64,000 bases of DNA from Dehalococcoidia bacterium (GTDB taxonomy: Bacteria; Chloroflexota; Dehalococcoidia; SZUA-161; SpSt-899), in assembly GCA_034434815.1 (NCBI GenBank), contig DAOTYO010000059.1, positions 3,082 to 67,081 of the forward strand. Reading direction: 5' to 3'. Positions 37,201-47,471 of the stretch are shown piece by piece; position 1 is the first letter of the stretch; the number at the start of each line of letters is the position of its first letter. The notes beneath the pieces were generated by a model that was given only the letters and a program-made list of their open reading frames with translations, was not told the DNA's origin and did not search any database. The translations under genes were made by a program, and so were the position numbers.

Positions 37201-39312
37201 CTAGGCTGTGGCGGATTCCTTCTCTTTGATCTCCTCGATACTCCCCTCGTATGAGCACTTGGCGCATTTGGCCATCTCGCCTTTGGGGATCAGCAAGCCG
37301 CCGCATTCGGGGCAAGGTGTTGTCAGCGGCTTCTCCCATGTCGCAAAATCGCACTCGGGGTACCGGCTGCAGCCGTAGAATACGCGCTTCCGCTTGGTGC
37401 GGCGCTCCACCAATTTGGCCCCGCATTTCGGGCAGAGGATATTCATCTCTGCCCGGAGCGGGCGGGCATTCCGGCAAGCCGGGAAATTGCTGCACGCCAT
37501 GAATCGTCCGTATCTTCCCCGCTTGATGACCATCGGGCTCCCGCATTTCTCGCACACCTCGTTCGTTGGCTCGGCGGGGGCCTTTTTCTTGGGCATGTTG
37601 GCATAGGCATCGTTCACTTTGGCGGCAAAGACATCGTAGAAAGCCTTGAGCGCGGGAACCCACTCGATCTCCCCGGTGGAGATCTCATCCAATTTCTCTT
37701 CCATCCGGGCGGTGAACTGGGTATCCACGATTTCGTTGAAGTGATTCACGAGGAGATCGGTGACGGTACATCCCATATCCGTGGGTTTGAACTGTCCTTT
37801 CTCTTTCACCACATAGTCACGCTCTTGAATGGTGGAAAGGATCGGCGCGTAGGTGCTCGGCCGTCCGATGCCGTTCTCCTCGAGGGCCTTGATGAGGGTG
37901 GCCTCCGTGTAACGCGGCGGCGGCTTGGTGAAGTGCTGTTCCGGGAAGAGTTTCACGAGATCGAGCTTATCCCCCTTCGAAAGCTCCGGCAGAGCGGTCT
38001 TCTGCTCCTTGCCGTTTTCCTCTTCGTCCGCCCCTTCGCTGTAAAGGGCGAGGAAGCCGGGGAAGGAAAGCACGGAACTTCCGGCGCGGAACAAGTACTT
38101 GTTCGTTGCGCTCTGGGCTTGGATATCCACGGTGGTGCTATCGAAGAGGGCGGCGGCCATTTGGCTTGCGACCATCCGCTTCCAGATGAGATCGTAGAGC
38201 TTGTACTGATCCGGCGTAAGGTAGGCCTTCAACGAAGCCGGCTCGCGCCGGATGGAGGTGGGCCGGATGGCCTCATGGGCTTCCTGAGCCCCTTTGACCT
38301 TCTTCTTGAAGATGCGCGGGGAGGCCGGAACATAATCCTTGCCGAACGTATCGGCGATGTACTGACGCGTCTCGGCGATCGCTTGAGGGGCCACATGGGT
38401 GGAATCGGTGCGCATGTAGGTGATGAGCCCGATCGCCTCTTCTTCCCCGATCGGGATTCCCTCGTACAGGGCCTGTGCCGCCGCCATGGTGCGCTTGGCG
38501 CTGAACCGAAGCTTGCGCCATGCCTCTTGCTGCAAAGTACTGGTGATGAACGGGGCTACGGGCTGCCGGGGCACCGTCTTGCGTTTGATTTCGGCGACGG
38601 TGTAGCTTGCCTTTTCCAGATCAGCGCATAGCGCCTCGGCCTCCGATTGGGTGCCGATCGAAAGCTTCTTGCCCTTGCCGATCCCCACAAGCTCCGCCCG
38701 GAAGATCGAATCCCCTTTCTTGAGATCGGCTTCGATGGACCAATATTCGGTGGGAACGAAGTTCTGGATCTCGCGTTCCCGATCGACGATCATTTTGACC
38801 GCCACGGATTGCACTCGCCCCGCGGAAAGGCCCTTCATCACCTTGCGCCACAGGATCGGGCTGATCTTGTAACCGACGAGGCGATCGAGGATCCGGCGGG
38901 CCTGCTGGGCGTTGACAAGCTGCATATCGATCTCGCGGGGGTGCTTGAACGCCTCTTCCACCGCCTCCTTGGTGATCTCATGAAACACCACCCGCTTGAT
39001 CGGCATTTTGTCGAGCTTGGCCGCCTGCACGACATGCCATGAAATGGCCTCTCCCTCCCGATCGGGATCCGTAGCCAGATAGAGGGCCTTGGCATTTTTG
39101 GCGGCGGCCTTTATCTCGTTGATGATCTTCTGTTTCTTTTTCAAAACGACGTATTTAGCGGCGAACCCGTTCTCCGGTTCCACGCCCAGATCTTTTTCCG
39201 GCAGATCCCGCACGTGGCCCATCGTTGCCTTCACGGCGTAATCGGACTTGAGGATCCGCCCGATGGTCTTCGCCTTTGCGGGCGATTCTACAATGACAAG
39301 ATTCTTAGCCAT
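37201..39312 (-). CDS. topA: DNA topoisomerase I
   Basis: LVIVESPAKAK, ATDPDREGEAI, SAGRVQS, ITYMRTDS, C-terminal Zn ribbons. Confidence 0.97.
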   Translation of the reverse strand: MAKNLVIVESPAKAKTIGRILKSDYAVKATMGHVRDLPEKDLGVEPENGFAAKYVVLKKKQKIINEIKAAAKNAKALYLATDPDREGEAISWHVVQAAKLDKMPIKRVVFHEITKEAVEEAFKHPREIDMQLVNAQQARRILDRLVGYKISPILWRKVMKGLSAGRVQSVAVKMIVDREREIQNFVPTEYWSIEADLKKGDSIFRAELVGIGKGKKLSIGTQSEAEALCADLEKASYTVAEIKRKTVPRQPVAPFITSTLQQEAWRKLRFSAKRTMAAAQALYEGIPIGEEEAIGLITYMRTDSTHVAPQAIAETRQYIADTFGKDYVPASPRIFKKKVKGAQEAHEAIRPTSIRREPASLKAYLTPDQYKLYDLIWKRMVASQMAAALFDSTTVDIQAQSATNKYLFRAGSSVLSFPGFLALYSEGADEEENGKEQKTALPELSKGDKLDLVKLFPEQHFTKPPPRYTEATLIKALEENGIGRPSTYAPILSTIQERDYVVKEKGQFKPTDMGCTVTDLLVNHFNEIVDTQFTARMEEKLDEISTGEIEWVPALKAFYDVFAAKVNDAYANMPKKKAPAEPTNEVCEKCGSPMVIKRGRYGRFMACSNFPACRNARPLRAEMNILCPKCGAKLVERRTKRKRVFYGCSRYPECDFATWEKPLTTPCPECGGLLIPKGEMAKCAKCSYEGSIEEIKEKESATA

Positions 39313-40409
39313 CAACCTACCTTCGTGCCCTTTGCGGCGGCATAATTCATGTTCCCCAATTGGCTTACCATACCCTTGAGCTCCATTAAAGTCAAGGTGC
39401 TGCTCACAATGGATACGGGCAGTGAGCACGCCCGGCAGAGATCGTCGATGTGGGCCGGCCCCTGCGCAAGGTATCGGAGGATGAGCGATTCGGTTTCGTC
39501 CTCCGGCTGCAGATCGGTAAGCGCCAGTTGCTTGGGGATGGTGCTCAGATTCAACTCCTCGAGGATATCCTCCACTCCCAATACGGCTTTGGCGCCATCG
39601 CGGATCAGCCGATTGGTCCCGGTGCTCATCGGCGAGAGGATGCTCCCGGGAACGGCGAACACCTCTCGGTCTTGTTCCAGAGCCATGCGGGCGGTGATGA
39701 GGGCCCCGCTGTTTTCACCGGCTTCGATGACGAGGGTCCCCAAGGCCAGCCCGCTCATGATGCGGTTTCGCCGGGGAAAGTGTTCCGCCCGCGGCTTTGT
39801 TCCCGGCGGGTAATCGCTGACCAGAGCGCCGCTTTGCATGATCTCCTCGGCGAGCCTCCGATTCTCCGGGGGATAGATGATGTCCACTCCGGAGGCAAGG
39901 ACGGCTACCGTTCGACCCCCCGCCGAGAGCGCCGCCCGATGGACGATGGTATCGATTCCCCGGGCAAGGCCGCTCACGATGGTGATGTCGTGTCGGACCA
40001 GATCGGCGGTGAGGCGTTCGGCGATTTCTCGCCCATACATGGTCGGCCGGCGGGTGCCTACCACCGCTAGTGACCATTCATCCCCCGGTACGAATGACCC
40101 CCGCGCATAGAGAACGGGCGGCGAGTCGTAGATTTCCTTGAGCCTTCGGGGGAAAAGAGGATCGTCCTGAGGAATGGCCCTCACCCCCAGTTTCTCGATC
40201 CTTTCCATTTCGGCATCGAGATCGAATTTGGGCCGTGTCTCCACGATCATCTGAATTGATTTGCCGTCGAGGCCCGCCGCCCGCAACTCGGCCGCCTCTG
40301 CCTCCCAAGCACGCTTCAGGTCACCGAAGTGCTCGATCAAACGGCTGAATCGTACCCGGCCGATGCCGGGGATCAAGTTGAAACCGACCCAATATTTCAC
40401 CTCAGACAT
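39312..40409 (-). CDS. dprA: DNA-processing protein DprA
   Basis: AVVGTR, IVSGLARGID, FPRRNRIMSG, VFAVPG, C-terminal wHTH. Confidence 0.95.
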   Translation of the reverse strand: MSEVKYWVGFNLIPGIGRVRFSRLIEHFGDLKRAWEAEAAELRAAGLDGKSIQMIVETRPKFDLDAEMERIEKLGVRAIPQDDPLFPRRLKEIYDSPPVLYARGSFVPGDEWSLAVVGTRRPTMYGREIAERLTADLVRHDITIVSGLARGIDTIVHRAALSAGGRTVAVLASGVDIIYPPENRRLAEEIMQSGALVSDYPPGTKPRAEHFPRRNRIMSGLALGTLVIEAGENSGALITARMALEQDREVFAVPGSILSPMSTGTNRLIRDGAKAVLGVEDILEELNLSTIPKQLALTDLQPEDETESLILRYLAQGPAHIDDLCRACSLPVSIVSSTLTLMELKGMVSQLGNMNYAAAKGTKVG

Positions 40410-40459
40410 TCGCTTGCTCGATCGACAAAGGTGGTGATGAGGAGACCTTGGGCGAGGGA

Positions 40460-41107
40460 TCAGTCTTGATACGCACGGGCGTAAGCCGTCTTGAGTTTCT
40501 TGAGGAACTCAGCGAGCTGTTCGGTATCCATCGCCGCCATTTCGGGTGTGAGCGCGAGGAAAAGCGGAAACGGGCCCGCCGGAGACCTCGTCGTCGTCCT
40601 CCCCTCCGCTTTGCGGGAAGCGCCGGGAGACTTCTTCAGATCGCCGCCTTTTTCCTTGCGGACGAGCCCCAGATCGATCTCCGCCATCTCACAGAGCTGA
40701 ACGAAGAAGCGCGTCGTCTTGGCGGCCATTTCCGGCCCCAAACCGCTCTCCACCACAAAATGGTTGTAGATATCTTCCTGAGAACACGGGCGGCCGTTGA
40801 GGCACGCGAATACATTCTTGTAGGCATTCCGGACGATCTCTTGCAAAGCAGAGGTGAAGGTTGCCCCCTTCGTCTTGAGGAGTTTGCTCTTTTCTGTGGG
40901 CCTTCCCTCTTCATCGATGATGCCCAAAAATCGGAGCGCCCCGATCACCTTGTACTCATTCCCGGGCGCGATCTTGTTGAGCCGAAGAAAATTCCCATCC
41001 ACCTTGGCCGGAGTGGTTTTGCACATGAGTTGCAGCGCTTGCATCATCCCTTTGGTAGGACCGTACGGCAACGTTGGACCGATATCTGTCCGCGATGCTT
41101 CCGCCAT
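40460..41107 (-). CDS. DUF5343-like protein
   Basis: ALRFLGIIDEEGRPT motif resembles DUF5343 as I recall it; start trimmed to MAEASR. Confidence 0.6.
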   Translation of the reverse strand: MAEASRTDIGPTLPYGPTKGMMQALQLMCKTTPAKVDGNFLRLNKIAPGNEYKVIGALRFLGIIDEEGRPTEKSKLLKTKGATFTSALQEIVRNAYKNVFACLNGRPCSQEDIYNHFVVESGLGPEMAAKTTRFFVQLCEMAEIDLGLVRKEKGGDLKKSPGASRKAEGRTTTRSPAGPFPLFLALTPEMAAMDTEQLAEFLKKLKTAYARAYQD

Positions 41108-41360
41108 TTGTCCCCCCGTGGACTCGCCCTTCGGGCAAGTCCGTGGTGTGGAGTATAACATCGGCTATTTGGACTGTCAAGGCGCGCAGCCACCGGCATA
41201 AAATGAGATTGGGGAAGATCCGATGTGAGTTATGGAGAAATCGGGGGAGGGCTCTCGACCCCTTCCATGGCGGTCGGTCCTTCTTTCCCGGAGGCAGAGG
41301 GGGTTCGTGGCTCGGGAACGGACGAATCTGCGGACTCGGACTGTGGGCCGCTCAGGGCAT

Positions 41361-42485
41361 TTAGCTCAGAATCTCTTTTGCCATCTCTGAAACCATCCGG
41401 GCGATGGCGGGCGAGGCGGTCAGCCCCGGCGATTCAATCCCTATCAAATTGATGAGCCCCTCAAGCCCGCGATCGACTTCGTGGGCAATGACGAAATCTC
41501 GGAACGCTTCATCGGGCCCCTGAAGCTTGGGCCGGATTCCGGCAAAATCCGGCTGAACGTCTTTCAACTCAAGGAAAGGAAGGAATTGCCGGGCCGTGGT
41601 GAAGAACTCCCGCTCGATGCCTTTGTCCACCCGATAGTCCACAACCTCGGTATAGCGGGCATTCGGTCCGAGCCGCATCCGGCCATCGATCCCAAGGGTA
41701 AGGTGAACGCCCAGAGCGGTTTTCTCCGGTGGGGGATAGATGAGCCGGGACACCTTGCCATGCCACCGGGGACTGATGCTGGCGTAGTTGCCCTTGCAGT
41801 AGTGAAGGCGGTAGCCCGCCTCATCAATGGCGATTCCGGCAAGCCCGGCGATTCGATCGGACCCCAGACCGGCGGCGTTGATGGCAATTTGAGCGGCGAG
41901 TTCGGAAATCCCTTCTGAATCCCGGATTTGGAGGGCATAGCCGGAGCCGCTCCTCTCGATCCCGATCACTTCCGCCCCGAAGAGGAAATCGGCACCGTTT
42001 GCCCGCGCCTTTTGGTACAAGAACTCCATCAGTTTGTGGACGCTGATGATCCCCGTCGAAGGGGAAAGGAGCCCCGCCCGGGCGTGGACGTTGGGTTCAA
42101 GGCGCTTCACCTCCGCTTCGGAAAGGATGGAGAGGTCTCCCACGCCGTTGTTCTCTGCCCTTTGCTTGAGCGCCTCGAGGTGCGCCGTCTCCCGATCATC
42201 GGAAGCGACGATGATCTTGCCGATCCGTCTGTGAGGGATGCCGTGTTTTGCGCACAGCTCGTAAAGAAGGGTGCGCCCTTCCACACAGAGTCGTGCCTTC
42301 AGCGAGCCTTGGGGATAGTATATTCCGGCATGAACGACCTCACTGTTTCGGCTGCTCGTCTCGGCGCCGAAGGTGGCGTTCCTTTCGATCACCCAGACGT
42401 CCTTGAAGCGAGCCGAGATCTCGGCCGCTATGGCCAATCCCACCACCCCCGCCCCGATAATGGCGACATTCGCATTGAAGGCCAT
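41361..42485 (-). CDS. FAD-dependent oxidoreductase (L-2-hydroxyglutarate oxidase/DAO family)
   Basis: IIGAGVVG, ETSSRNSEVVHAGIYY, FAGIRPK, GIESPGLTAS. Confidence 0.88.
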   Translation of the reverse strand: MAFNANVAIIGAGVVGLAIAAEISARFKDVWVIERNATFGAETSSRNSEVVHAGIYYPQGSLKARLCVEGRTLLYELCAKHGIPHRRIGKIIVASDDRETAHLEALKQRAENNGVGDLSILSEAEVKRLEPNVHARAGLLSPSTGIISVHKLMEFLYQKARANGADFLFGAEVIGIERSGSGYALQIRDSEGISELAAQIAINAAGLGSDRIAGLAGIAIDEAGYRLHYCKGNYASISPRWHGKVSRLIYPPPEKTALGVHLTLGIDGRMRLGPNARYTEVVDYRVDKGIEREFFTTARQFLPFLELKDVQPDFAGIRPKLQGPDEAFRDFVIAHEVDRGLEGLINLIGIESPGLTASPAIARMVSEMAKEILS

Positions 42486-42578
42486 CGGAGAGGTGTTCCA
42501 TCTCAGATTGTACAGGCGGGGGGGCATCGAGGAACTCGATGCCCCCCCGCCCTTCTTCATTGTGAGCTGAAAGCTTGC

Positions 42579-44171
42579 TTACTTATCGAGAATCTCCAGC
42601 GCTTCCTCGCGGTAGCAGTCCATCAGATACGGGATGCCCGTCACCTTCGCGCACTCCTCGGTAAGCGACATGAGGTCCCGGCGGGAGATCGCCGGCACGC
42701 TGAAGCACCGTGCCCCGGCCATGAGTTGTTGCAGGCCTACCTTGATCTTCTGCGAGTAGCTGTAGATGCCGATGGCCCCCAGCGGGATATTCTTGATTTC
42801 GCTGGCGCCCACAAGGTTCTTGACCTCTTCGTAACACACGAAGATCTCTTCGACCGTTGACCCGAACTGACTGACCGTGTTGGGGAGCTTCCCATCCTTG
42901 AGCCACTGCGCGATGTTCTTGCCCACCATGCCGGGGATCATGAGGGCTCGTCCCATGCACACGGCTTTGGTGAAGGGGGACCCGAGGGCAAGGGCCTTGA
43001 ATACGCCGTCTTCGCTCGAGAAGCCTCCGGCAAAGGCGATATCGGGCGGACGCTGGCCCTTATCCGCTAGACGCTTGCAAAATTCGTATGCCGCCGAATG
43101 CAGATACAGACTCGGGATGCCCCACTCCTCCATCATCCGCCATGGACTCATGCCCGTGCCGCCGGAGGCCCCATCGATGGTGAGAAGATCGATCTTGGCG
43201 TTGGAACCCCATTTGATGGCCATGGCCAGTTCGCGCAGGCTGTATGCCCCGGTCTTGAGGGTGATACGCTTGAAGCCGATCTTGCGCAGCCGCTCGACTT
43301 CCTTGTAAAAACCTTCCTCATCAATGAATCCGAGCCGGCTGTGCCGCTCGAATTCCTTGATGGCCCCATCCTTGAAAGCCGCTTGATTGATGGGATTGGA
43401 GGGATCGGGAGTAACGATGTAGCCACGCCGCTGGAGTTCGAGGGCGCGGTCGAGGCTGTTCACCTTGATTTCCCCGCCGATGCATTTAGCTCCTTGACCC
43501 CACTTCAGTTCGATGGTGGTCAGGCCGTGCTTCTTATGAACGTATTCGGCCACCCCCAGCCGGGTATCTTCCACATTCATTTGGACGAGCATCTCGCCCC
43601 AGCCTTGATAGTATCGCCGGTACTGCTCGATCCGCCGGTCCATATCCGGCGAAAGGGCGATCTTACCCTTCGAATCCAATTGAAGGCCGGGATCGACGCC
43701 GCACACATTTTCCCCGCATACAATGGTCACGCCGCTGATGGCCGCGCCCACAGCGAAGTGTTCCCAGTTCTTGCGGGCGATTTCGGTGGAGCCCAGGGCA
43801 CCGGTGAAGATGGGCACTTTCATCTTCACCTTGATATCCCAACCGTAATCCGTCTCGGTGTTGACCAAGGGGAAAGTCGCCGTATCGGGATTGCCCTTGA
43901 CACCTTTGGGAAGGCCCTTTGCCCCCAAGGCGTACCCCTGAATATTGAGATGCGAATAGTCTATGGGATAGTCCTTATCGCATCCGGCGGTGATTTCACC
44001 GAAGGGGCCCGGGTAGAGGAGCTCCCGGCCGCGAAAAGTCGCTTTGAACACTTCGCAGTTGCCGGTACACCCGTCCAAACACCGCGAGCAGAGGCCGCTG
44101 GACGGTACCACGCTCCTCGATCGATTGGCGGTTCGGGTGGCTTCGTTAGCGTTGGGGGACCTGAGATTCAC
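42579..44171 (-). CDS. Stand-alone FMN-binding glutamate synthase family protein
   Basis: GTG start with RBS AGGAG; CSRCLDGC..C, IELKWGQGAK.IGGE, TIDGASGGTGMSP, AGG, MGRA. Confidence 0.85.
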   Translation of the reverse strand: MNLRSPNANEATRTANRSRSVVPSSGLCSRCLDGCTGNCEVFKATFRGRELLYPGPFGEITAGCDKDYPIDYSHLNIQGYALGAKGLPKGVKGNPDTATFPLVNTETDYGWDIKVKMKVPIFTGALGSTEIARKNWEHFAVGAAISGVTIVCGENVCGVDPGLQLDSKGKIALSPDMDRRIEQYRRYYQGWGEMLVQMNVEDTRLGVAEYVHKKHGLTTIELKWGQGAKCIGGEIKVNSLDRALELQRRGYIVTPDPSNPINQAAFKDGAIKEFERHSRLGFIDEEGFYKEVERLRKIGFKRITLKTGAYSLRELAMAIKWGSNAKIDLLTIDGASGGTGMSPWRMMEEWGIPSLYLHSAAYEFCKRLADKGQRPPDIAFAGGFSSEDGVFKALALGSPFTKAVCMGRALMIPGMVGKNIAQWLKDGKLPNTVSQFGSTVEEIFVCYEEVKNLVGASEIKNIPLGAIGIYSYSQKIKVGLQQLMAGARCFSVPAISRRDLMSLTEECAKVTGIPYLMDCYREEALEILDK

Positions 44172-45204
44172 GTTCGCACTTCTCCTTTCGATGTTTTTTG
44201 AATTCACTATCCAATGCCTCGAATTCGACGAGGTCTTGGTAGTCCATAAGAGTGGCCATGGCCCGGTTTTCCGCCTCGATCCCCTCCTCCTCCGCTGCGG
44301 CCACGGGGTTCATTCCACCGATCAAAACCATGCCGATCTTGTTCGGATGGACGGGGACCTCACACACGGGGGCGCTTGTGGAACCCATGATCAGAACATT
44401 CCCCAATCCCGCCTCGCGCAGTTGGGAAATCACATCTTCCGCCAGTTTGCGGCATGCGGCGGGAATTTCGCGGAAGTTGGCCAGAATCTTTCCGTTCCCT
44501 TGTCTTGCGGCATGCAAGACGGTGGTCATCTTCCCCCGGATGAACACTTCCGAAGGGTCGAGGGAAGAGCCGGCATAATGGATGAGCTCCACGAACCGCG
44601 ACGGGCGCCCGTGCTGTAATTGCAAGATACCGCCAAAACGGGAATCCATGGGAATGCCGGCCTTGAGAAGAACGCCATTGGTTACCACACTGCAGACCGT
44701 CGCTAGACCGATCTTTCCTTCCGGGACCCGAATCAAGCCCAGTGATTCTCCCTCCGCGCGGATCGCTATCCGGCTCCCGGCGCAAAGCCCCGCCTTGAAT
44801 ACGGGAGCCATGACCGTGAGGGCCTTCCGGAATTTATCCGCGGCGAAGAAGGAAACGTTCACCGGTATCAGACCTTTGCGGGTCTTGGGATCGAAGGTGG
44901 TCTGGAACCCCAGAATCTCGATCCGGGATATGGCAAATCCCACCTTATCTTGAACGAGGGCGCTTTCCGCTTCTTCGAGGCCTTGCTCGGTGATCCGCCT
45001 CCCATCCCGCCCCGCCAGAGTGGTGAGCCCCCGCTCATCCATGAGTTTGAGATGGTACCGTACCGCCCGCTCGGTAAGGTCGATGCCGTGCTCTCTCAGA
45101 TGCCGTGCGATCACCCGTGCGCCAAGGGGCTCGCGGCTCTCCCTCAGAATCCTCAGGATGGTGAGGACTTTTCTCTCGACCTCTTGGGTTTCTGTTCCGA
45201 TCAT
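44146..45204 (-). CDS. nrpR: NrpR-family regulator (wHTH + NRD/DUF128), paralog a
   Basis: TERAVRYHLKLMDERG, GR.IT..G, ATVCSVVTNG, SSLDPSEVFI, IGGMNP. Confidence 0.88.
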   Translation of the reverse strand: MIGTETQEVERKVLTILRILRESREPLGARVIARHLREHGIDLTERAVRYHLKLMDERGLTTLAGRDGRRITEQGLEEAESALVQDKVGFAISRIEILGFQTTFDPKTRKGLIPVNVSFFAADKFRKALTVMAPVFKAGLCAGSRIAIRAEGESLGLIRVPEGKIGLATVCSVVTNGVLLKAGIPMDSRFGGILQLQHGRPSRFVELIHYAGSSLDPSEVFIRGKMTTVLHAARQGNGKILANFREIPAACRKLAEDVISQLREAGLGNVLIMGSTSAPVCEVPVHPNKIGMVLIGGMNPVAAAEEEGIEAENRAMATLMDYQDLVEFEALDSEFKKHRKEKCERESQVPQR

Positions 45205-45251
45205 GCCGATTTGACTTTCCGGTTAACTTTTTCCTCGACCCGGTATGGTTA

Positions 45252-45445
45252 TACCCATAATACGGTAAAAGGTTGCCGATGTTGTGCCCGCATCATCCTA
45301 TCATTGTTTGTGTATGCTGTCAAGAGCATAGTGATTATCGGCAAAATTACCTGATATTATTGCCAATATCATTTGCCACAATCGGCAAGGCGGCAATATG
45401 GTGTTCCGATCACCATTGACAAAGGGTGTTCAGGCCTCTTAGAAT
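45252..45445. promoter_or_regulatory. Divergent promoters of nrpR a/b with repeated CGG(C/T)AA half-sites
   Basis: Minus strand TTGACA-N17-TAGGAT (45295-45323); plus strand TTGACA-N18-TAGAAT (45416-45445); palindromes CGGTAA-N4-TTGCCG and TTGCC-N6-GGCAA. Confidence 0.6.
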
Positions 45446-45454
45446 TCAGCCATC

Positions 45455-46462
45455 ATGAGCGGAAAAGTACGGAAAAAGGCTCTGGCAATATTGAATGTCC
45501 TTCGATCTGCCGAAGGCCCTCTTCCCAGCGGGGAGATCGCCCGTGCCCTGCTTTCGCTCGGGCTCGAGGTCAGCGAGCGCACGGTTCGCTTCTATCTCCA
45601 ACAGATGGATCAGGAAGGTCTCACGGAGACGATCGGAAAACGCGGCCACAGGATCACTTCTCTGGGACTTAAGGAGATAGATAGCTCCGGCACCATTCAA
45701 CGGGTAGGGCTTCTTTCGGCAAAAATCGATCGGATGACTTATGCGATGGGCTTCGATCTCACCACGAAGTCGGGCACGGTGGTAGTGAATCTCACCTTGG
45801 TTGAGCCGAGGGCGCTTGCGGAACGAGCGGAGATGATCTGCAAGGTGTATTCGGAGGGATACGCGATGGGGCGTCTCCTTTCGCTTCTGGGCCCCGGCGA
45901 GCGGCTCGGCGACCTCGCCGTTCCGGAAGGCATGGTGGGGATCGCCACCGTGTGTTCCGTGACGCTCAATGGCGTGCTACTCAAACGGGGTATCCCCACC
46001 AACTCCCGCTTCGGCGGGCTTCTCGAGCTTCGGCAGAGGCTTCCCACGAGGTTTGTGGAGATCATCATGTATGAAGGGACGAGCATCGATCCGCTTGAGG
46101 TGTTCATCCGGAGCGGTATGACGGATTATCTGGGGGCGATCCGTTCGGGCGATGGGCGGATCGGGGCCAGCTTTCGGGAGTTTCCCGCGGAGAGCCGGGG
46201 CGTTGTGGAGGATCTGGCTCAGAGGCTCGAGCGGGTAGGGTTGGGGGGATTCATGGCGATCGGGAGGCCGAGTCAACCGCTTTTGGAGATCCCGGTGAGC
46301 GAGGGGAGAGTCGGGGCGATCGTCATCGGCGGCTTGAACCCCGTCGCCATCTTTGAAGAGACGGGGCTTCGGGTTCAATCGCGGGTCATGGCGGGGATCA
46401 TGGATTTCAATCGTCTGTTCGGGTATGAGGAGCTTCCCTCCCGGATCCGCTCCCTCATGTGA
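45455..46462 (+). CDS. nrpR: NrpR-family regulator, paralog b
   Basis: SERTVRFYL, ATVCSVTLNG, TSIDPLEVFI, IGGLNP. Confidence 0.88.
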   Translation: MSGKVRKKALAILNVLRSAEGPLPSGEIARALLSLGLEVSERTVRFYLQQMDQEGLTETIGKRGHRITSLGLKEIDSSGTIQRVGLLSAKIDRMTYAMGFDLTTKSGTVVVNLTLVEPRALAERAEMICKVYSEGYAMGRLLSLLGPGERLGDLAVPEGMVGIATVCSVTLNGVLLKRGIPTNSRFGGLLELRQRLPTRFVEIIMYEGTSIDPLEVFIRSGMTDYLGAIRSGDGRIGASFREFPAESRGVVEDLAQRLERVGLGGFMAIGRPSQPLLEIPVSEGRVGAIVIGGLNPVAIFEETGLRVQSRVMAGIMDFNRLFGYEELPSRIRSLM

Positions 46463-46466
46463 TGCG

Positions 46467-47471
46467 TTAGCGGTGAAGGATATCCGGGAAAGGGATCAGC
46501 GCTTCATAAGGGAGGAGGGTGCTCATGGCCCGGTTCTCAGCGGAGATCCCCCCTTCTTCGGCCGCCGCCACGGGATTCATCCCCCCGATGAGGATCATCC
46601 CGATCTTGTTGGGTTGCACGGGGATCTCGCAGACCGGAGTGCTTGTGTTTCCCATGAGGAGGAGTTCCCCCAACCCCGCCGATTTGAGCCCGGCCACCAC
46701 CTCCTCGACCACAGGCCGGCATACCGCAGGGACCTCCCGGAAATTGGCGAGTATCTTCCCGCTGCCTTGGCGGGCCGCTTGGGCTACCGAGGTCATCTTG
46801 CCGCGGATGAAGACTTCAGAGGGATCGAGGGAGGAGCCCGCATAGTGAATGAGCTCCACAAAACGCAGGGGTTGCCGATTGCGGATCTGAAGGATGCCGC
46901 CGAAGCGGGAATCCATCGGCACCCCCGCTTTGAGAAGCGTCCCGTTGATGACGATGCTGCATACCGTCGCCAGACCGACCTTTCCTTCGGGAACCAAAAG
47001 CTCGCCGAGTTTTTCACCCGATCGAGCGATGGCCACCCGGTCGCCGGCGCATATCCCCGCCTTGAAAACCGGCGCCATCAGATTGAGGGCCTTGGCTAGT
47101 TTCTCCTCAGGGAAAAACGACACGTTCACCGGCACCATGCCGGTACGGGTCTTCCAATTGAAGTCCGTCCGGAAAGCCAGAAGCTCGATCTTGGTGATGG
47201 CCAATCCCACCTTATCCTGAACCAGGGCACTGCTGAGCTCATCCAGACCGGCGGACGTGATCACCCGGCCGTCTCGCCCCACGAGTTGCGTGAGGCCTCT
47301 TTCATCCATGAGTTTGAGGTGATAGCGGACGGCCCTTTCCGTCAGATCAACGCCATGAACCTTGAGCTCTCGGGCGATCACCCGGGCCCCCAGCGGTTGA
47401 CGCGATTCACTCAGGATGCGAAGGATGGCGATGCTCTTGCGTTCCACCTCTCGGGTCTCACTGCCGATCAT
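46467..47471 (-). CDS. nrpR: NrpR-family regulator, paralog c (closely similar to a)
   Basis: Same motifs as paralog a with long identical stretches; RBS AAGGAG 8 nt before ATG 47471. Confidence 0.88.
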   Translation of the reverse strand: MIGSETREVERKSIAILRILSESRQPLGARVIARELKVHGVDLTERAVRYHLKLMDERGLTQLVGRDGRVITSAGLDELSSALVQDKVGLAITKIELLAFRTDFNWKTRTGMVPVNVSFFPEEKLAKALNLMAPVFKAGICAGDRVAIARSGEKLGELLVPEGKVGLATVCSIVINGTLLKAGVPMDSRFGGILQIRNRQPLRFVELIHYAGSSLDPSEVFIRGKMTSVAQAARQGSGKILANFREVPAVCRPVVEEVVAGLKSAGLGELLLMGNTSTPVCEIPVQPNKIGMILIGGMNPVAAAEEGGISAENRAMSTLLPYEALIPFPDILHR

